Below, piece after piece: positions 47,999-57,536 of a stretch of DNA of 64,000 nt. The stretch lies in IMG/VR virus record IMGVR_UViG_3300029288_000084, positions 64,001 to 128,000 of that record, one strand, 5' to 3'. Position 1 is the first letter of the stretch, and each line of letters begins with the position of its first letter. The position numbers were made by a program, and so were the translations under genes. The notes under the pieces were generated by a model, which ran no database searches, had not been told where the DNA came from, and was given only the letters and a program-made list of their open reading frames with translations. This DNA comes from a virus (Duplodnaviria; Caudoviricetes).

Positions 47999-50900
47999 TT
48001 ATTTAGCTCTAGCAATCATTCTGTAATTCATCGCGACAGGTGATTTCCAATAGCTTGTGCTCTCAAGTAATAATCTTCCTGTAAAGTTTGTAAACCAGGT
48101 TGGTTCTGAAGTGTAATCGTAAACAACTGAAATTGCTGTGCTTGTTGTATTGCTTTCCAATGTATCAGATACAGTAAATCTTGCAACAGCATCACTATTT
48201 AACATTACATATACGTAATTGTTTAGAGTATCTATAGCAACAATTTTTGCTGTAGTTGCAGAATATGGATCAGGACTAACATCATCACCAACTGCAAACC
48301 CTGTTTCATCAGTAACAGTTAAACGTTGCAGTAAATCTAAATTGAATTCATATGTTTTGCGATAAAATCCATTTTCAAGGTCAGTGCTTTCAATCGCATC
48401 ATGAACCAATCTGAACCAGAGTGTAGTATCAGCTAATGGACTGAATTCTTTGATGATGTTTGTTCCGCTAGCTAAGTATTCGTCTAAAATGATCTTCATA
48501 TTGTTGTAAGCTGGAGCATCTTCAACAACCTTTGTTCTATACTGACCAGTTTGTGATACATCGTATTTGAAAAATACTAACGCAGTGTCAATATTGACCA
48601 TTGGAGTTGTTTTACCATTTCCAGTTAATACACCCTTGAATTGTATTTTTGTGCTAGCAGCACCAGTATCAATCTCATCACCCGGATTAAATACTGTCCA
48701 AGTAGTACCACTATCTAGTGAATAGAAATATTCGATTTGTGAATAAGGCATTTCTGAGAAAGTGTTTTTGAATATGAATCTTCCAAATCCAGCCCAAGCT
48801 GGTTTTGCAGGATCAGGATCAGTTATTGGAGCTGCAATTTCTTCAGTTATGAAAGATCCGCTTGTTTCGAAATTGCCCTCGTATAGCTTGATTGTCATAT
48901 CAAGATCTTGTGCAGGAGACCATGTTAAGCCATTTGAACTTGTGAATAAAACTCCATCTTGATAAGCTTGCTTCATGACAACGCTTCCAGAGTCAAGATC
49001 TGTTTGACCAAGCTTTGCAACAAAGACTGTATATTCAGTTGATTTTGAACCAATTGAAATGTAAAACTCTTGCATTGCTGGAATGAAAACTGGTTTTTGA
49101 AGAGTGATTTTTGTTTCAACAGTTCCATAAAGAGAGGTTGTAATCTCACTTGGATAAATCTCTTGCATATGAATGATGTTTTTGGAATCAGGTAAACCAT
49201 TGACCATATAACCAATTGTTAAGATAGCTGGTAATTCAGGAGCAAATGCATTATAGTTGTAATAATCATCTTGTACCATTGGCTTTGCTTCAGCATCTGC
49301 TTTTGTTCCAAAGTAAAACCCTAAAGCTGTAAGCAAGTGATCAGCAGCAAATATGAAGGATTGTGCAAGAGGATCGTGAGTAACATCTCCACTTTCTGCT
49401 TGCCATTCTTTTCCTATTCTGGCTGCACCTCCACCGCTTCCGCCATCCCCCGATTCATCAACAACACCTGTTGCTACTTGAGCTTTTAAAATCTCAAATA
49501 CGTCGATAGTTTGTTCATATGTTTTTGTGATAATGGTCTTATTTTCAATTACTCTATTAATTCCTTTTGCTTTGTAAATAACGGAGATTTCATTGTCATA
49601 CTCATCTGTTAGTTTAAGTTGAATATTTCCACATTCAACCCCAGCTGGGATATAGAATTTAGCATGCCAAGAACCATCAGCAGCAATTATGATCTTTGCA
49701 GCATTTACACCAGTGCCTTGCATATAAGGACTCTCTGCAATCAAAGTTACAGCTTGTCCACCAAATGTAGCACCAAGAATGCCTGCTGGTTCGAAACTAT
49801 ATCCTTTTATGTCAACCCATTTTTGTCTAGCATAAGTAACAAGACGATCTTTCACACTTGCATTGCCTTGAGATATGTTAGATCCGATTTGATTTCTACT
49901 CTCTTTTTGTAAAACTGTATCATTTGTAGGAGCTGAAACCCATTGTAACTGATGATTGTTAATCGTAGTTCTTATGATCTCATCTTCAATGACAGTTACT
50001 TCGGTTACAGTTTCATCTATCCATTCATCAATAGCTGGATTCATCGTAGCATATGGTAGATTTTTTATGTAGCCATGAGGATTCAGGTTCATCAAATCTG
50101 TCTTTAAGATATTTTCAAAAAATGCTGTATCTGAAAGCCATTTTAAAGTAATCAGTTTATCATAGCCTTCTTTGTCAGCATATTTTGTAATGTTGGTTTC
50201 TGTATCTGAATCTCTTTCTAAACCAAAAGCCAAATTTAAAGATACAATGTACAATTCACCATCCATCAAGTTCATCGATGCATAAAAATCAGTATGAGTA
50301 GCATCCGCCTTGTAGAAAGTATTGAAAGGATCTACTAAAATGCCTTTTAATGTTGTAGCTAGTTCACCTTCTTTGGCTTCACCTTCTAAGGCCAGTGCAG
50401 CTACATTTTCCTCTAAGTCATCTACGCGTTTCTTTAACTGATGCAATTCAAACATTGTTGTGCGTTCATAACGATATTCGTAGATGATTGCACTGCCATA
50501 ATCTAGTCCAGGCATAAACTTAATCCAGCCTAGTGGCAGTAACTCTTCATTGTAAGGTGGAATAACTGTTTTACTGTAAAGAGTTGGTGTACCTGTTTTA
50601 ACTACAATTTTTCCAAATTTATCAATTGCAAATAAATCTGTTCTTGCTTTGTAGACTGAATAATTAACAAGAACATTTGTTCCAACAGCAGGATCATCAC
50701 CACCAAGACCCCATGTAATTTGGTAAACGTTACCATCTGTTTCAGTTGGATCTGCTTCAATTTTGAAATCAGTATCTCGAACAGCATTTTTGTAATATCT
50801 GAATGAAACTGTATAATCAGTTCTGATTGAGGGTCTGTTGCCAACCCAATGAATTTGATCGGCAGCTAAAACATAATCAGTTGTTTCAATATATCCAGGA

Positions 50901-51916
50901 ATACTAACAATGCTTTCGATGCTTGAAAATACTAATCCGTAAGGATCTTCAAATGTATCATAATCACCAGAACCTCTTGTGATAGAAACAGTTTCAGCCA
51001 CAACTGCTGTTACAGTAATAAGTTCTACAGTAGGATCGATGACAACAAATGGGTGAAATAATTGGTAGCTTACTTCATAAGCATCAAAAGCATGAGGTTC
51101 GAGGGTATATTGTTCAGTTGTTAACGCTTTGTCAACTTCTATTGTTCTTGGTACAATGTAAGTATTGTCATACCCTTTTACATAACAAATACCAGGTGTT
51201 ACAGCTACTTTTATTTTACCAGTTGTTGTAGATGCTTCAGCTTTTAAACGCATCCCTTCTACTAGATAATTTCCAGATTCGTCATATGTTCTTTTTGCCA
51301 TAACATCTGCTAGAAGTGAATAACCAGGTTTACGTAAGAAATTTTGAACTACCCCATCTATCAGATTCCATATAGTAACAACATTTTCTTCATCAGCATA
51401 TTTGGATGTTGCAGGAAGTGTTGGTCTTGTTCCAACTGGTACATCTACGATTTTGACAAGTTTGACTTCAATCATCAAACGATGTGCACCATCCAAATTG
51501 TAGTTGCTATATCCTGAAGCAGGATCTGTTAAAGTTGGGTCTTCAGAATAAGTAACAAAAGTTTCTTCTATGTAAAAACCAATATTTTCAGTTCCTACTC
51601 CTAGTATTTCAAGTTCTTGTGCTTCTACTTCTAATACTCTTCCTTCAAAGTAAAATTTACCTTCTGGAAGATTAGCTGTTGCAGCTCCATATGGATCATT
51701 TAAAGCAATTGCAAGATTGCACCCGTCAGTAACAGAACCATTCTTAAACATTGAATTCCAGTTGAGAGTGTGTTGTTCATGTAAAAGGGTTTGTGTTTCT
51801 GTTAGTTCACGAGCTTGAGGAGCTTTGCCAGGTACAAATAGAACATTCTTATACTTTTTTGCTGCCTGATCAAGATGAGTGCTGTAATATGGAAAAATGT
51901 TAAGCGATCGCGCCAT
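47999..51916 (-). CDS. DUF4815 / VrlC-like large virion protein
   Basis: LNIFPYY, VLF.PG...QARELTE.Q, GAHR, A.RTYDESGNY, G..YVKG, DPLAQSF, D.DM. Confidence 0.88.
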   Translation of the reverse strand: MARSLNIFPYYSTHLDQAAKKYKNVLFVPGKAPQARELTETQTLLHEQHTLNWNSMFKNGSVTDGCNLAIALNDPYGAATANLPEGKFYFEGRVLEVEAQELEILGVGTENIGFYIEETFVTYSEDPTLTDPASGYSNYNLDGAHRLMIEVKLVKIVDVPVGTRPTLPATSKYADEENVVTIWNLIDGVVQNFLRKPGYSLLADVMAKRTYDESGNYLVEGMRLKAEASTTTGKIKVAVTPGICYVKGYDNTYIVPRTIEVDKALTTEQYTLEPHAFDAYEVSYQLFHPFVVIDPTVELITVTAVVAETVSITRGSGDYDTFEDPYGLVFSSIESIVSIPGYIETTDYVLAADQIHWVGNRPSIRTDYTVSFRYYKNAVRDTDFKIEADPTETDGNVYQITWGLGGDDPAVGTNVLVNYSVYKARTDLFAIDKFGKIVVKTGTPTLYSKTVIPPYNEELLPLGWIKFMPGLDYGSAIIYEYRYERTTMFELHQLKKRVDDLEENVAALALEGEAKEGELATTLKGILVDPFNTFYKADATHTDFYASMNLMDGELYIVSLNLAFGLERDSDTETNITKYADKEGYDKLITLKWLSDTAFFENILKTDLMNLNPHGYIKNLPYATMNPAIDEWIDETVTEVTVIEDEIIRTTINNHQLQWVSAPTNDTVLQKESRNQIGSNISQGNASVKDRLVTYARQKWVDIKGYSFEPAGILGATFGGQAVTLIAESPYMQGTGVNAAKIIIAADGSWHAKFYIPAGVECGNIQLKLTDEYDNEISVIYKAKGINRVIENKTIITKTYEQTIDVFEILKAQVATGVVDESGDGGSGGGAARIGKEWQAESGDVTHDPLAQSFIFAADHLLTALGFYFGTKADAEAKPMVQDDYYNYNAFAPELPAILTIGYMVNGLPDSKNIIHMQEIYPSEITTSLYGTVETKITLQKPVFIPAMQEFYISIGSKSTEYTVFVAKLGQTDLDSGSVVMKQAYQDGVLFTSSNGLTWSPAQDLDMTIKLYEGNFETSGSFITEEIAAPITDPDPAKPAWAGFGRFIFKNTFSEMPYSQIEYFYSLDSGTTWTVFNPGDEIDTGAASTKIQFKGVLTGNGKTTPMVNIDTALVFFKYDVSQTGQYRTKVVEDAPAYNNMKIILDEYLASGTNIIKEFSPLADTTLWFRLVHDAIESTDLENGFYRKTYEFNLDLLQRLTVTDETGFAVGDDVSPDPYSATTAKIVAIDTLNNYVYVMLNSDAVARFTVSDTLESNTTSTAISVVYDYTSEPTWFTNFTGRLLLESTSYWKSPVAMNYRMIARAK

Positions 51917-52160
51917 TATTTACTCCTTCTTTTGTTTTTGATACTTCAGGTTTTATTTTTTTCTTTTGCATGACTAAATCTCTTATTTTTTTGTTTAATT
52001 CTTCTATTTGCTTCATATAAGTTGTAATTGATTCTAAGCTTTTACCACTGTTATATGCACTGAGATATTTAGCGCGTAGATCATTCACTTCATCTCTAAG
52101 GTTATTGAGTTGATTATCTATATATTGTAGAGGTTCTTCAAATAAAATTTTAACTTTCAT
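51900..52160 (-). CDS. putative internal head protein (MKVKILFEE)
   Basis: Shared leader. Confidence 0.62.
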   Translation of the reverse strand: MKVKILFEEPLQYIDNQLNNLRDEVNDLRAKYLSAYNSGKSLESITTYMKQIEELNKKIRDLVMQKKKIKPEVSKTKEGVNNGAIA

Positions 52161-52166
52161 ATTCCT

Positions 52167-53069
52167 TTAGGTAGCATCTACCATTTCCTTCCATTTAGCT
52201 TTTTCATCTAAAATATCTTGTATACGTTTAAAATATCCCATTTTTTCAATATACTTGTAAATTAAGTTGTTGATTGAATTATTTAAATTATCCTTAACAA
52301 TAATCTGAGACGAGATTTCTAATGTTGAATCTTTTTCTAAAGATTCAGCTCTTAATGATTTCAGTAGATGTTTAGCAATGTAAATACTGTCAATATCAGC
52401 TAAAATTTCTTGTAATTTTAAACTTAGCAATTTTTGATAATCTTCTTGTTCTTTTTCAGATATCTTTTTACCATATTCCAAATAACTTGCATAAGCAGCT
52501 TTATCAGAATAAAATTCAGCCATAACAATATCTAATCCAGAAGTGAAAAATCTTGCAATTTCCATTGATGTTTTATAATTACGAATAACCATCTGATTAT
52601 CTTCTTTTTCAGCAGTAGAAATCCATTTATCTTCTAATACATCATAAATACCGCCCTCTTTTTTCCATTCTTCTTTGAATTTAGGACTGACATAGTAATT
52701 AACAGGATGTTCTGTTCCTGGTAATGGTTTTTCATTTAATTCAATATTAATTGGTTTACGAAGTATATTTTTCATCTCATCTTCTGGCATATCAATAACA
52801 AAATTAACATCAATATCAGAATCTTTTGTATATTGAAACCCCGTCATTGAACCTAAAATAAAAACATTTTTGTATGTTTTATCAGTCTTAGTTTTCAACC
52901 AAGCATCTAATTTATCAATGATATATTTTTTTGCTGACTTGAGTAATTTGTTGTTGCTATCCCAAAGTTCAGAACACATTTCATCTTGTAGTGGATCAAG
53001 AACACTTTCAGTAATCTGATTTTTTGTTTCATTTAACATTTCACTGAGAATGGAATTTATTTTACTCAT
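52167..53069 (-). CDS. nucleotidyltransferase (pol beta fold) with CTS-like N-terminus
   Basis: GS.....YT.DSDIDV; HPVNYYV; GIYDV...W. Confidence 0.8.
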   Translation of the reverse strand: MSKINSILSEMLNETKNQITESVLDPLQDEMCSELWDSNNKLLKSAKKYIIDKLDAWLKTKTDKTYKNVFILGSMTGFQYTKDSDIDVNFVIDMPEDEMKNILRKPINIELNEKPLPGTEHPVNYYVSPKFKEEWKKEGGIYDVLEDKWISTAEKEDNQMVIRNYKTSMEIARFFTSGLDIVMAEFYSDKAAYASYLEYGKKISEKEQEDYQKLLSLKLQEILADIDSIYIAKHLLKSLRAESLEKDSTLEISSQIIVKDNLNNSINNLIYKYIEKMGYFKRIQDILDEKAKWKEMVDAT

Positions 53070-53075
53070 TTTGAA

Positions 53076-53285
53076 TTATACTTTTTTATTTTCTTTTACA
53101 ATTTCTTTTTTGAACACTTCAACATCAGGGTGATTTTTAATATATTTTTTAAGTTCATTTTCATCATTAAATGTTCTACTAAATTTTGTAAGTTGTTGAA
53201 TTTTCTTTCTATCAGCTGATTGTATCTTATAATATCTTTGACCTGTGACTTTAATTTTATCTTCAAATAAAATTTTTACTTTCAT
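53076..53285 (-). CDS. putative internal head protein (MKVKILFED)
   Basis: Shared leader, AGGAG SD. Confidence 0.62.
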   Translation of the reverse strand: MKVKILFEDKIKVTGQRYYKIQSADRKKIQQLTKFSRTFNDENELKKYIKNHPDVEVFKKEIVKENKKV

Positions 53286-53294
53286 TTTATTCTC

Positions 53295-53825
53295 CTAAAA
53301 ATTCAAAATGATTTCGAACTTTTCACTTTGACTCGGATCTCTTGTAACATATGTGTGATTGTTGATGTAAAGAACTTCACCTTGATCAATTACATTAGCA
53401 CCTAGATACTCAACAGCTGTTAATAACACACCGCCAGCTCCTTCTGGATTCAGAAGAATTCCAGTTTGTCTAAATGTTGTATTTATTGGAGCAATATCAG
53501 AATAGTAAATAGTATTTGAAAAATATACTGATCTTGCATTTTCGTTAAAAGCATCTACATCAGCAACGAAGTGATAATCATATCCACCAACTTGGACATC
53601 TGGTCCATAAACATCATATGGATCATCATCAATGACCATATGTTTAACTGAAATTTTCTTAATGTAGATGAGTTCAGTTAAAGTCAAATCTGTAGCGAGT
53701 GGTGTAGGTGGGTTTAATTCATCTGCCCATACAGACGTTCTGCCAATTGCAAGATAGAGATTGACTTCTTGTTTTGTTGCTAATGCATTTAAAACCCTTT
53801 GTTTATCGGTGAAGATTGACGCCAT
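53295..53825 (-). CDS. baseplate wedge protein (gp8-like, short form)
   Basis: YLAIGR...W.DE.NPP.P, FRQ.GI..NP, GE.LYINN, R...Q.E...I...F. Confidence 0.75.
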   Translation of the reverse strand: MASIFTDKQRVLNALATKQEVNLYLAIGRTSVWADELNPPTPLATDLTLTELIYIKKISVKHMVIDDDPYDVYGPDVQVGGYDYHFVADVDAFNENARSVYFSNTIYYSDIAPINTTFRQTGILLNPEGAGGVLLTAVEYLGANVIDQGEVLYINNHTYVTRDPSQSEKFEIILNF

Positions 53826-53840
53826 GTTTTACTTCCTTTA

Positions 53841-53984
53841 TTAATCGGCCCACTTAAAGGGCCGTTTTTTCTTTTTCGACTTCAACATTTTTCCGAACAA
53901 TTTTGCTTTCTTTTCATCTTCTTTTCTCTTTTTATCATCATCTTTTTTATTTTCACTTTCTTCAAACAATTCTTTTACTTTCAT
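53841..53984 (-). CDS. putative internal head protein (MKVKELFEE, 47 aa, not in track)
   Basis: Hand translation; GAGGAG SD. Confidence 0.6.
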   Translation of the reverse strand: MKVKELFEESENKKDDDKKRKEDEKKAKLFGKMLKSKKKKRPFKWAD

Positions 53985-54151
53985 TTCTTATTCTCCTCTT
54001 GATGAATGTGAAATTTTATTTCATTGATTTCATTCTGTCTTTCTCCCCAAGGATCGCCATCTTTGGAGATCTTTTTCTTAATCTCTTCAATCTGAGATTT
54101 ATATCTTTTAATTCGTTCCATATCAGTTTCAAATAAATTGCCCACTTTCAT
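53981..54151 (-). CDS. putative internal head protein (MKVGNLFET, 56 aa, not in track)
   Basis: Hand translation; ATGA overlaps on both sides. Confidence 0.6.
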   Translation of the reverse strand: MKVGNLFETDMERIKRYKSQIEEIKKKISKDGDPWGERQNEINEIKFHIHQEENKK

Positions 54152-54393
54152 TTCTTGTTATAGAATGCCTTTGCATCAGCCAATGATAATTTTGGATTTA
54201 ATTTCATCATCTTCTTTATCTTCTCATCTTTTTCTTCATCTGTCAAATTACCCTTTGATAGTTTATTACCACTTGTTTTGATACTTTTGACAAATTTATG
54301 AGCATCTTCATCAGATAAATTTGGATTGGCATTTTGAATCCTTCTTTGCTTTTCTGATGCTTCTTCAACTTCAAATAATTTCTTTACTTGCAT
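54148..54393 (-). CDS. putative internal head protein (MQVKKLFE) with duplicated NP.LS..DA..F motif
   Basis: Shared leader, AGGAG SD, late promoter at 54412. Confidence 0.62.
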   Translation of the reverse strand: MQVKKLFEVEEASEKQRRIQNANPNLSDEDAHKFVKSIKTSGNKLSKGNLTDEEKDEKIKKMMKLNPKLSLADAKAFYNKK

Positions 54394-54429
54394 TCTATAC
54401 TCCTTTAAAATTATTTATAAAAGCAGTTA

Positions 54430-55015
54430 TTTAATTTCCACAGGTATTACAAAGATTTTTTAATATCATCTGGATGTGGCAATCTTGGAATGGCATCTTG
54501 TAATTTTTTCAATCTTGATATTTCTTTTTCAATGCTTTTCATTCAACCCTCAATTTGATTACAAGAACCCTCTGTTCTTTTAGTTCCTAATGAACTATCT
54601 AAATGATTGTATGTATTCCATAAGCACTTTTATCATTCTTCATTACTTGGTAAGGACCTTGATTGTAATGAATTTCAGTTACAGGTTTTTTAAATTAATT
54701 TGATCCTGTTGTCTTTCAACCTAGTTTAAAACATCTTGTGTTAAAGTTCCGACAATATTTGAAATACCTTCAAAGAGTTGTTTTACTTTCACTGTGTTTT
54801 TTTATCCATTCTTGACATTTTACTTTTGAACTACCACTAAATACAATAAAATCTTTCCAATTATCAACTCGATATTCTCCAGATGAATCTTTGTAATGTT
54901 TAAATGCATCTGTCTTTAATACATAATAGGTATTGCCAATTTCTAATCATCTTCCTTGTGCATCATGATATATTTTATATTTTTTGATATCTTCAAATAA
55001 TTGTTTTACTTTCAT
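54430..55015 (-). pseudogene. two decayed MKVKQLFE-leader ORFs (starts 55015 and 54792)
   Basis: In-frame TGA at codon 23 and TAG at codon 24, then further stops and frameshifts. Confidence 0.65.
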
Positions 55016-55033
55016 TTTAACCTCGTTTTATTT

Positions 55034-55906
55034 TTACGGTAGTAACGTTCTGTACACTGATAACTGATGATAAAAATAATCAAAATTTAAAGCTGATTGT
55101 TCCATATGATAAAATGTATCACCCCAATCTTCAAAGGTCATTTTTCCAATTCCTCTGAGGCTGCTATTTAAATCAGCAACAGTAAGAGCTGAAGCTTGAT
55201 ACACTAAGTTGTAAGTATCAAAATTTTGAAACTGGTATGCTGATATGATTTCATTTGCAAATGCTAGTGTATATGGATTTTGATCTTGAAGAGCTGGAAG
55301 CAATGTACCAATACATTCAACTATTCTCAAAAAGAAACACTTGCAACCAGCGGGGTGAAGTAAAAGTTCGATGATATCTTTTAATTCCACATATCCATAC
55401 ATTGTGGATTGAATTTCATATGTGTAGAAAGCTGAGTAGTAATTATCATGAATTTTTGAAGTTTCGTCTAGTGTGTGATTTGAATCTGATAAAAGAAAGA
55501 CGTGGTCACCAGGGTAGTAGAAACTAAAAGCTCCCATATGATTCATTAATCGGAAAATAAAATCATATGACTTTTCAGTTCCTTTTGAACTGTAAAAATC
55601 CTTCGCATTTTTGATCAGCTTTTTAACACCAATGTCTGTAATTCTATATAACGGAAAGGAATTTAGATATTGCTTGACATATTCTTCAAGAACATCTGAA
55701 TCGCTGTTATAGGGGTCATAAGCATCTTCAAGTGTATCTATATCTATGTAGTGTAAAAAATCATAGATGAGTTGAATTATCTTACCTTGTTGTTCACAGT
55801 ATTCAAGGTAACTTCTGATAAATATTTCAAATTTAGAATACGTTTCTCGTATATATGGAGTTAAGAAACGATCCATAAAAATAGAAAGAAATTTTTGATC
55901 ACTCAT
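55034..55906 (-). CDS. baseplate wedge protein (gp7-like N-terminal region)
   Basis: P.YIRE.Y..F..F...Y.EY, DID, FY.SKGTE.SY.F.FR, HPAG. Confidence 0.78.
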   Translation of the reverse strand: MSDQKFLSIFMDRFLTPYIRETYSKFEIFIRSYLEYCEQQGKIIQLIYDFLHYIDIDTLEDAYDPYNSDSDVLEEYVKQYLNSFPLYRITDIGVKKLIKNAKDFYSSKGTEKSYDFIFRLMNHMGAFSFYYPGDHVFLLSDSNHTLDETSKIHDNYYSAFYTYEIQSTMYGYVELKDIIELLLHPAGCKCFFLRIVECIGTLLPALQDQNPYTLAFANEIISAYQFQNFDTYNLVYQASALTVADLNSSLRGIGKMTFEDWGDTFYHMEQSALNFDYFYHQLSVYRTLLP

Positions 55907-56091
55907 TTTTTCCTTACATGTGGCCAGTGAACTTTAACACATTCAGGACAAATTCCATGAGAAATTCTTTCAGTTTTTTCATCTCTTTTTTCATTTTTCC
56001 AAACACCTTCACTTATTTTAGTTCTCTTACAATATGAACATACTTTGATAATTGGTTTTTCTTTATCTTCAAATAAAGTTTTAACTTTCAT
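55903..56091 (-). CDS. MKVKTLFED-leader protein with CxxC...SHGICPEC zinc domain
   Basis: Shared leader; CSYCK ... ISHGICPEC. Confidence 0.65.
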   Translation of the reverse strand: MKVKTLFEDKEKPIIKVCSYCKRTKISEGVWKNEKRDEKTERISHGICPECVKVHWPHVRKK

Positions 56092-56321
56092 CTTGGTTTT
56101 TGTTTGAATACATGATTGCTGGGAATGTTATATTTTTTCATTAAATACTGTAAATTATCTGAAGTTTCTTTTACTTGTGCTCTACCAGATTCACCATCCC
56201 AATAAGCATATCTATCTAATGTCATATCCTGTGTTTTGCTGACACCTTTTAGAGTAATTTTTTCATTGTTGTCAATGATAAATTTTTCAATGACTTCTTC
56301 AAACAATCTTTTTACTTTCAT
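56088..56321 (-). CDS. putative internal head protein (MKVKRLFEEVIE)
   Basis: Shared leader. Confidence 0.62.
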   Translation of the reverse strand: MKVKRLFEEVIEKFIIDNNEKITLKGVSKTQDMTLDRYAYWDGESGRAQVKETSDNLQYLMKKYNIPSNHVFKQKPR

Positions 56322-57536
56322 TTATTCCCCTTCTGTAAAATTAATAGCGGGTGTGAGAATCGAACTCACCTTAAGTTGGTTATGAGCCAACTGAAGCACC
56401 TTGCCTCCTACCCGCAATTTTTCTTTTTTACAATTGTTACAATAATAAGTTCTACTACTTTTAGATTCAAATTCATTTTTGCATTGACAACAATTTAATT
56501 TATAAATTCTATTTTTCATTTGATTATGTTTTACTATTGATTTATTGCATTCGTTACAAAAGTATCTTGTACTACTATTACTAATAAATTCAATATGACA
56601 TTTTTTACAAATATTTGCACACTTTCTATTTTTATAATTTTGAATTTTTATTATTTTATATTCGTTGGACTTTTTATAATCTTGAATATTTTTTTGACAT
56701 TTATAACAAAAATTTTTATTACCGGTATTACTTTGGAATTCAGTATTACATTTTTTACATATTTTTTTCCAAATTTGTTGTTTTCTTTTTTCTTTAATCA
56801 ATAATTTAGATTCTTCTTTATGATTTTTTCTAAACATTCCATTTCTTTGGCCACTATTAGAAATTTTTAATTTTTGTTTTGTTTCTTCAGATGGATAAAT
56901 TCCCTTATGACTTTCACTATTTATTTTTTTTCTATTTTCATCTTGTTTCATACCTTTCAATGGACTAATATATCCTTGTTTCACTTTTTCTTTCCAAGTT
57001 ATTTTTTGTTTTAATTTATGTTCTTCTGAACAAGGTATCCCTTTATTATGTGACGGTTTTCCTTTTAAATGATGTTCACTATTTTTATATCTATTTTTTA
57101 ATGATGAACTAGTTTTTTTATTTGATGCTTCATCGCGATGTCTACCTGTTAATTTTATACTAATCTTTTTTCTAATTTCCGGTAAAACAAACCTTCCCTT
57201 TATTGCTTTTTTAGAAATTTCGTTCCAATTCCATTTAGCTCCCTTACTACCGCCGCCGCCATCTGCTAAGTTATACCCATTTGGAATTTTAGTTTTTAAT
57301 TTCTTAATCCATAACCTTTCATATTTATCTAACTCATTAAAATCAAAAATATTTTTAATTAATATCCAACGTTTAAAACATTGTAATCCATATTTTTTAA
57401 TTGAATTCCATAATTCTTTATTACAACTGGAACCCCAATAATTTGATTTTTGAAATTCTTCTTCGGAATTATAATAAATTGATTGCCCTATATACTTTTT
57501 TCCATTAATTAAATTTTGAATACAATAAATAATCAT
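56322..57536 (-). CDS. GIY-YIG homing endonuclease with NUMOD3-like and CxxC repeats
   Basis: IIYCIQNLINGKKYIG, Y.GS, GYNL..GG; paralog of 26829..27602. Confidence 0.9.
   Translation of the reverse strand: MIIYCIQNLINGKKYIGQSIYYNSEEEFQKSNYWGSSCNKELWNSIKKYGLQCFKRWILIKNIFDFNELDKYERLWIKKLKTKIPNGYNLADGGGGSKGAKWNWNEISKKAIKGRFVLPEIRKKISIKLTGRHRDEASNKKTSSSLKNRYKNSEHHLKGKPSHNKGIPCSEEHKLKQKITWKEKVKQGYISPLKGMKQDENRKKINSESHKGIYPSEETKQKLKISNSGQRNGMFRKNHKEESKLLIKEKRKQQIWKKICKKCNTEFQSNTGNKNFCYKCQKNIQDYKKSNEYKIIKIQNYKNRKCANICKKCHIEFISNSSTRYFCNECNKSIVKHNQMKNRIYKLNCCQCKNEFESKSSRTYYCNNCKKEKLRVGGKVLQLAHNQLKVSSILTPAINFTEGE
56345..56416 (-). tRNA. tRNA with CAT anticodon (Met-type; unpaired 1:72), no encoded CCA
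   Basis: GCGGGT/ACCCGC acceptor, GTTGG-CTCATAA-CCAAC anticodon arm, GTGAG-TTCGATT-CTCAC T arm. Confidence 0.85.

Noticed and set aside
54430-55015. Stop-codon reassignment (TGA/TAG readthrough)
   Set aside because: Core genes translate intact in code 11 and use TGA/TAG as real stops; no suppressor tRNA seen; region also has frameshifts
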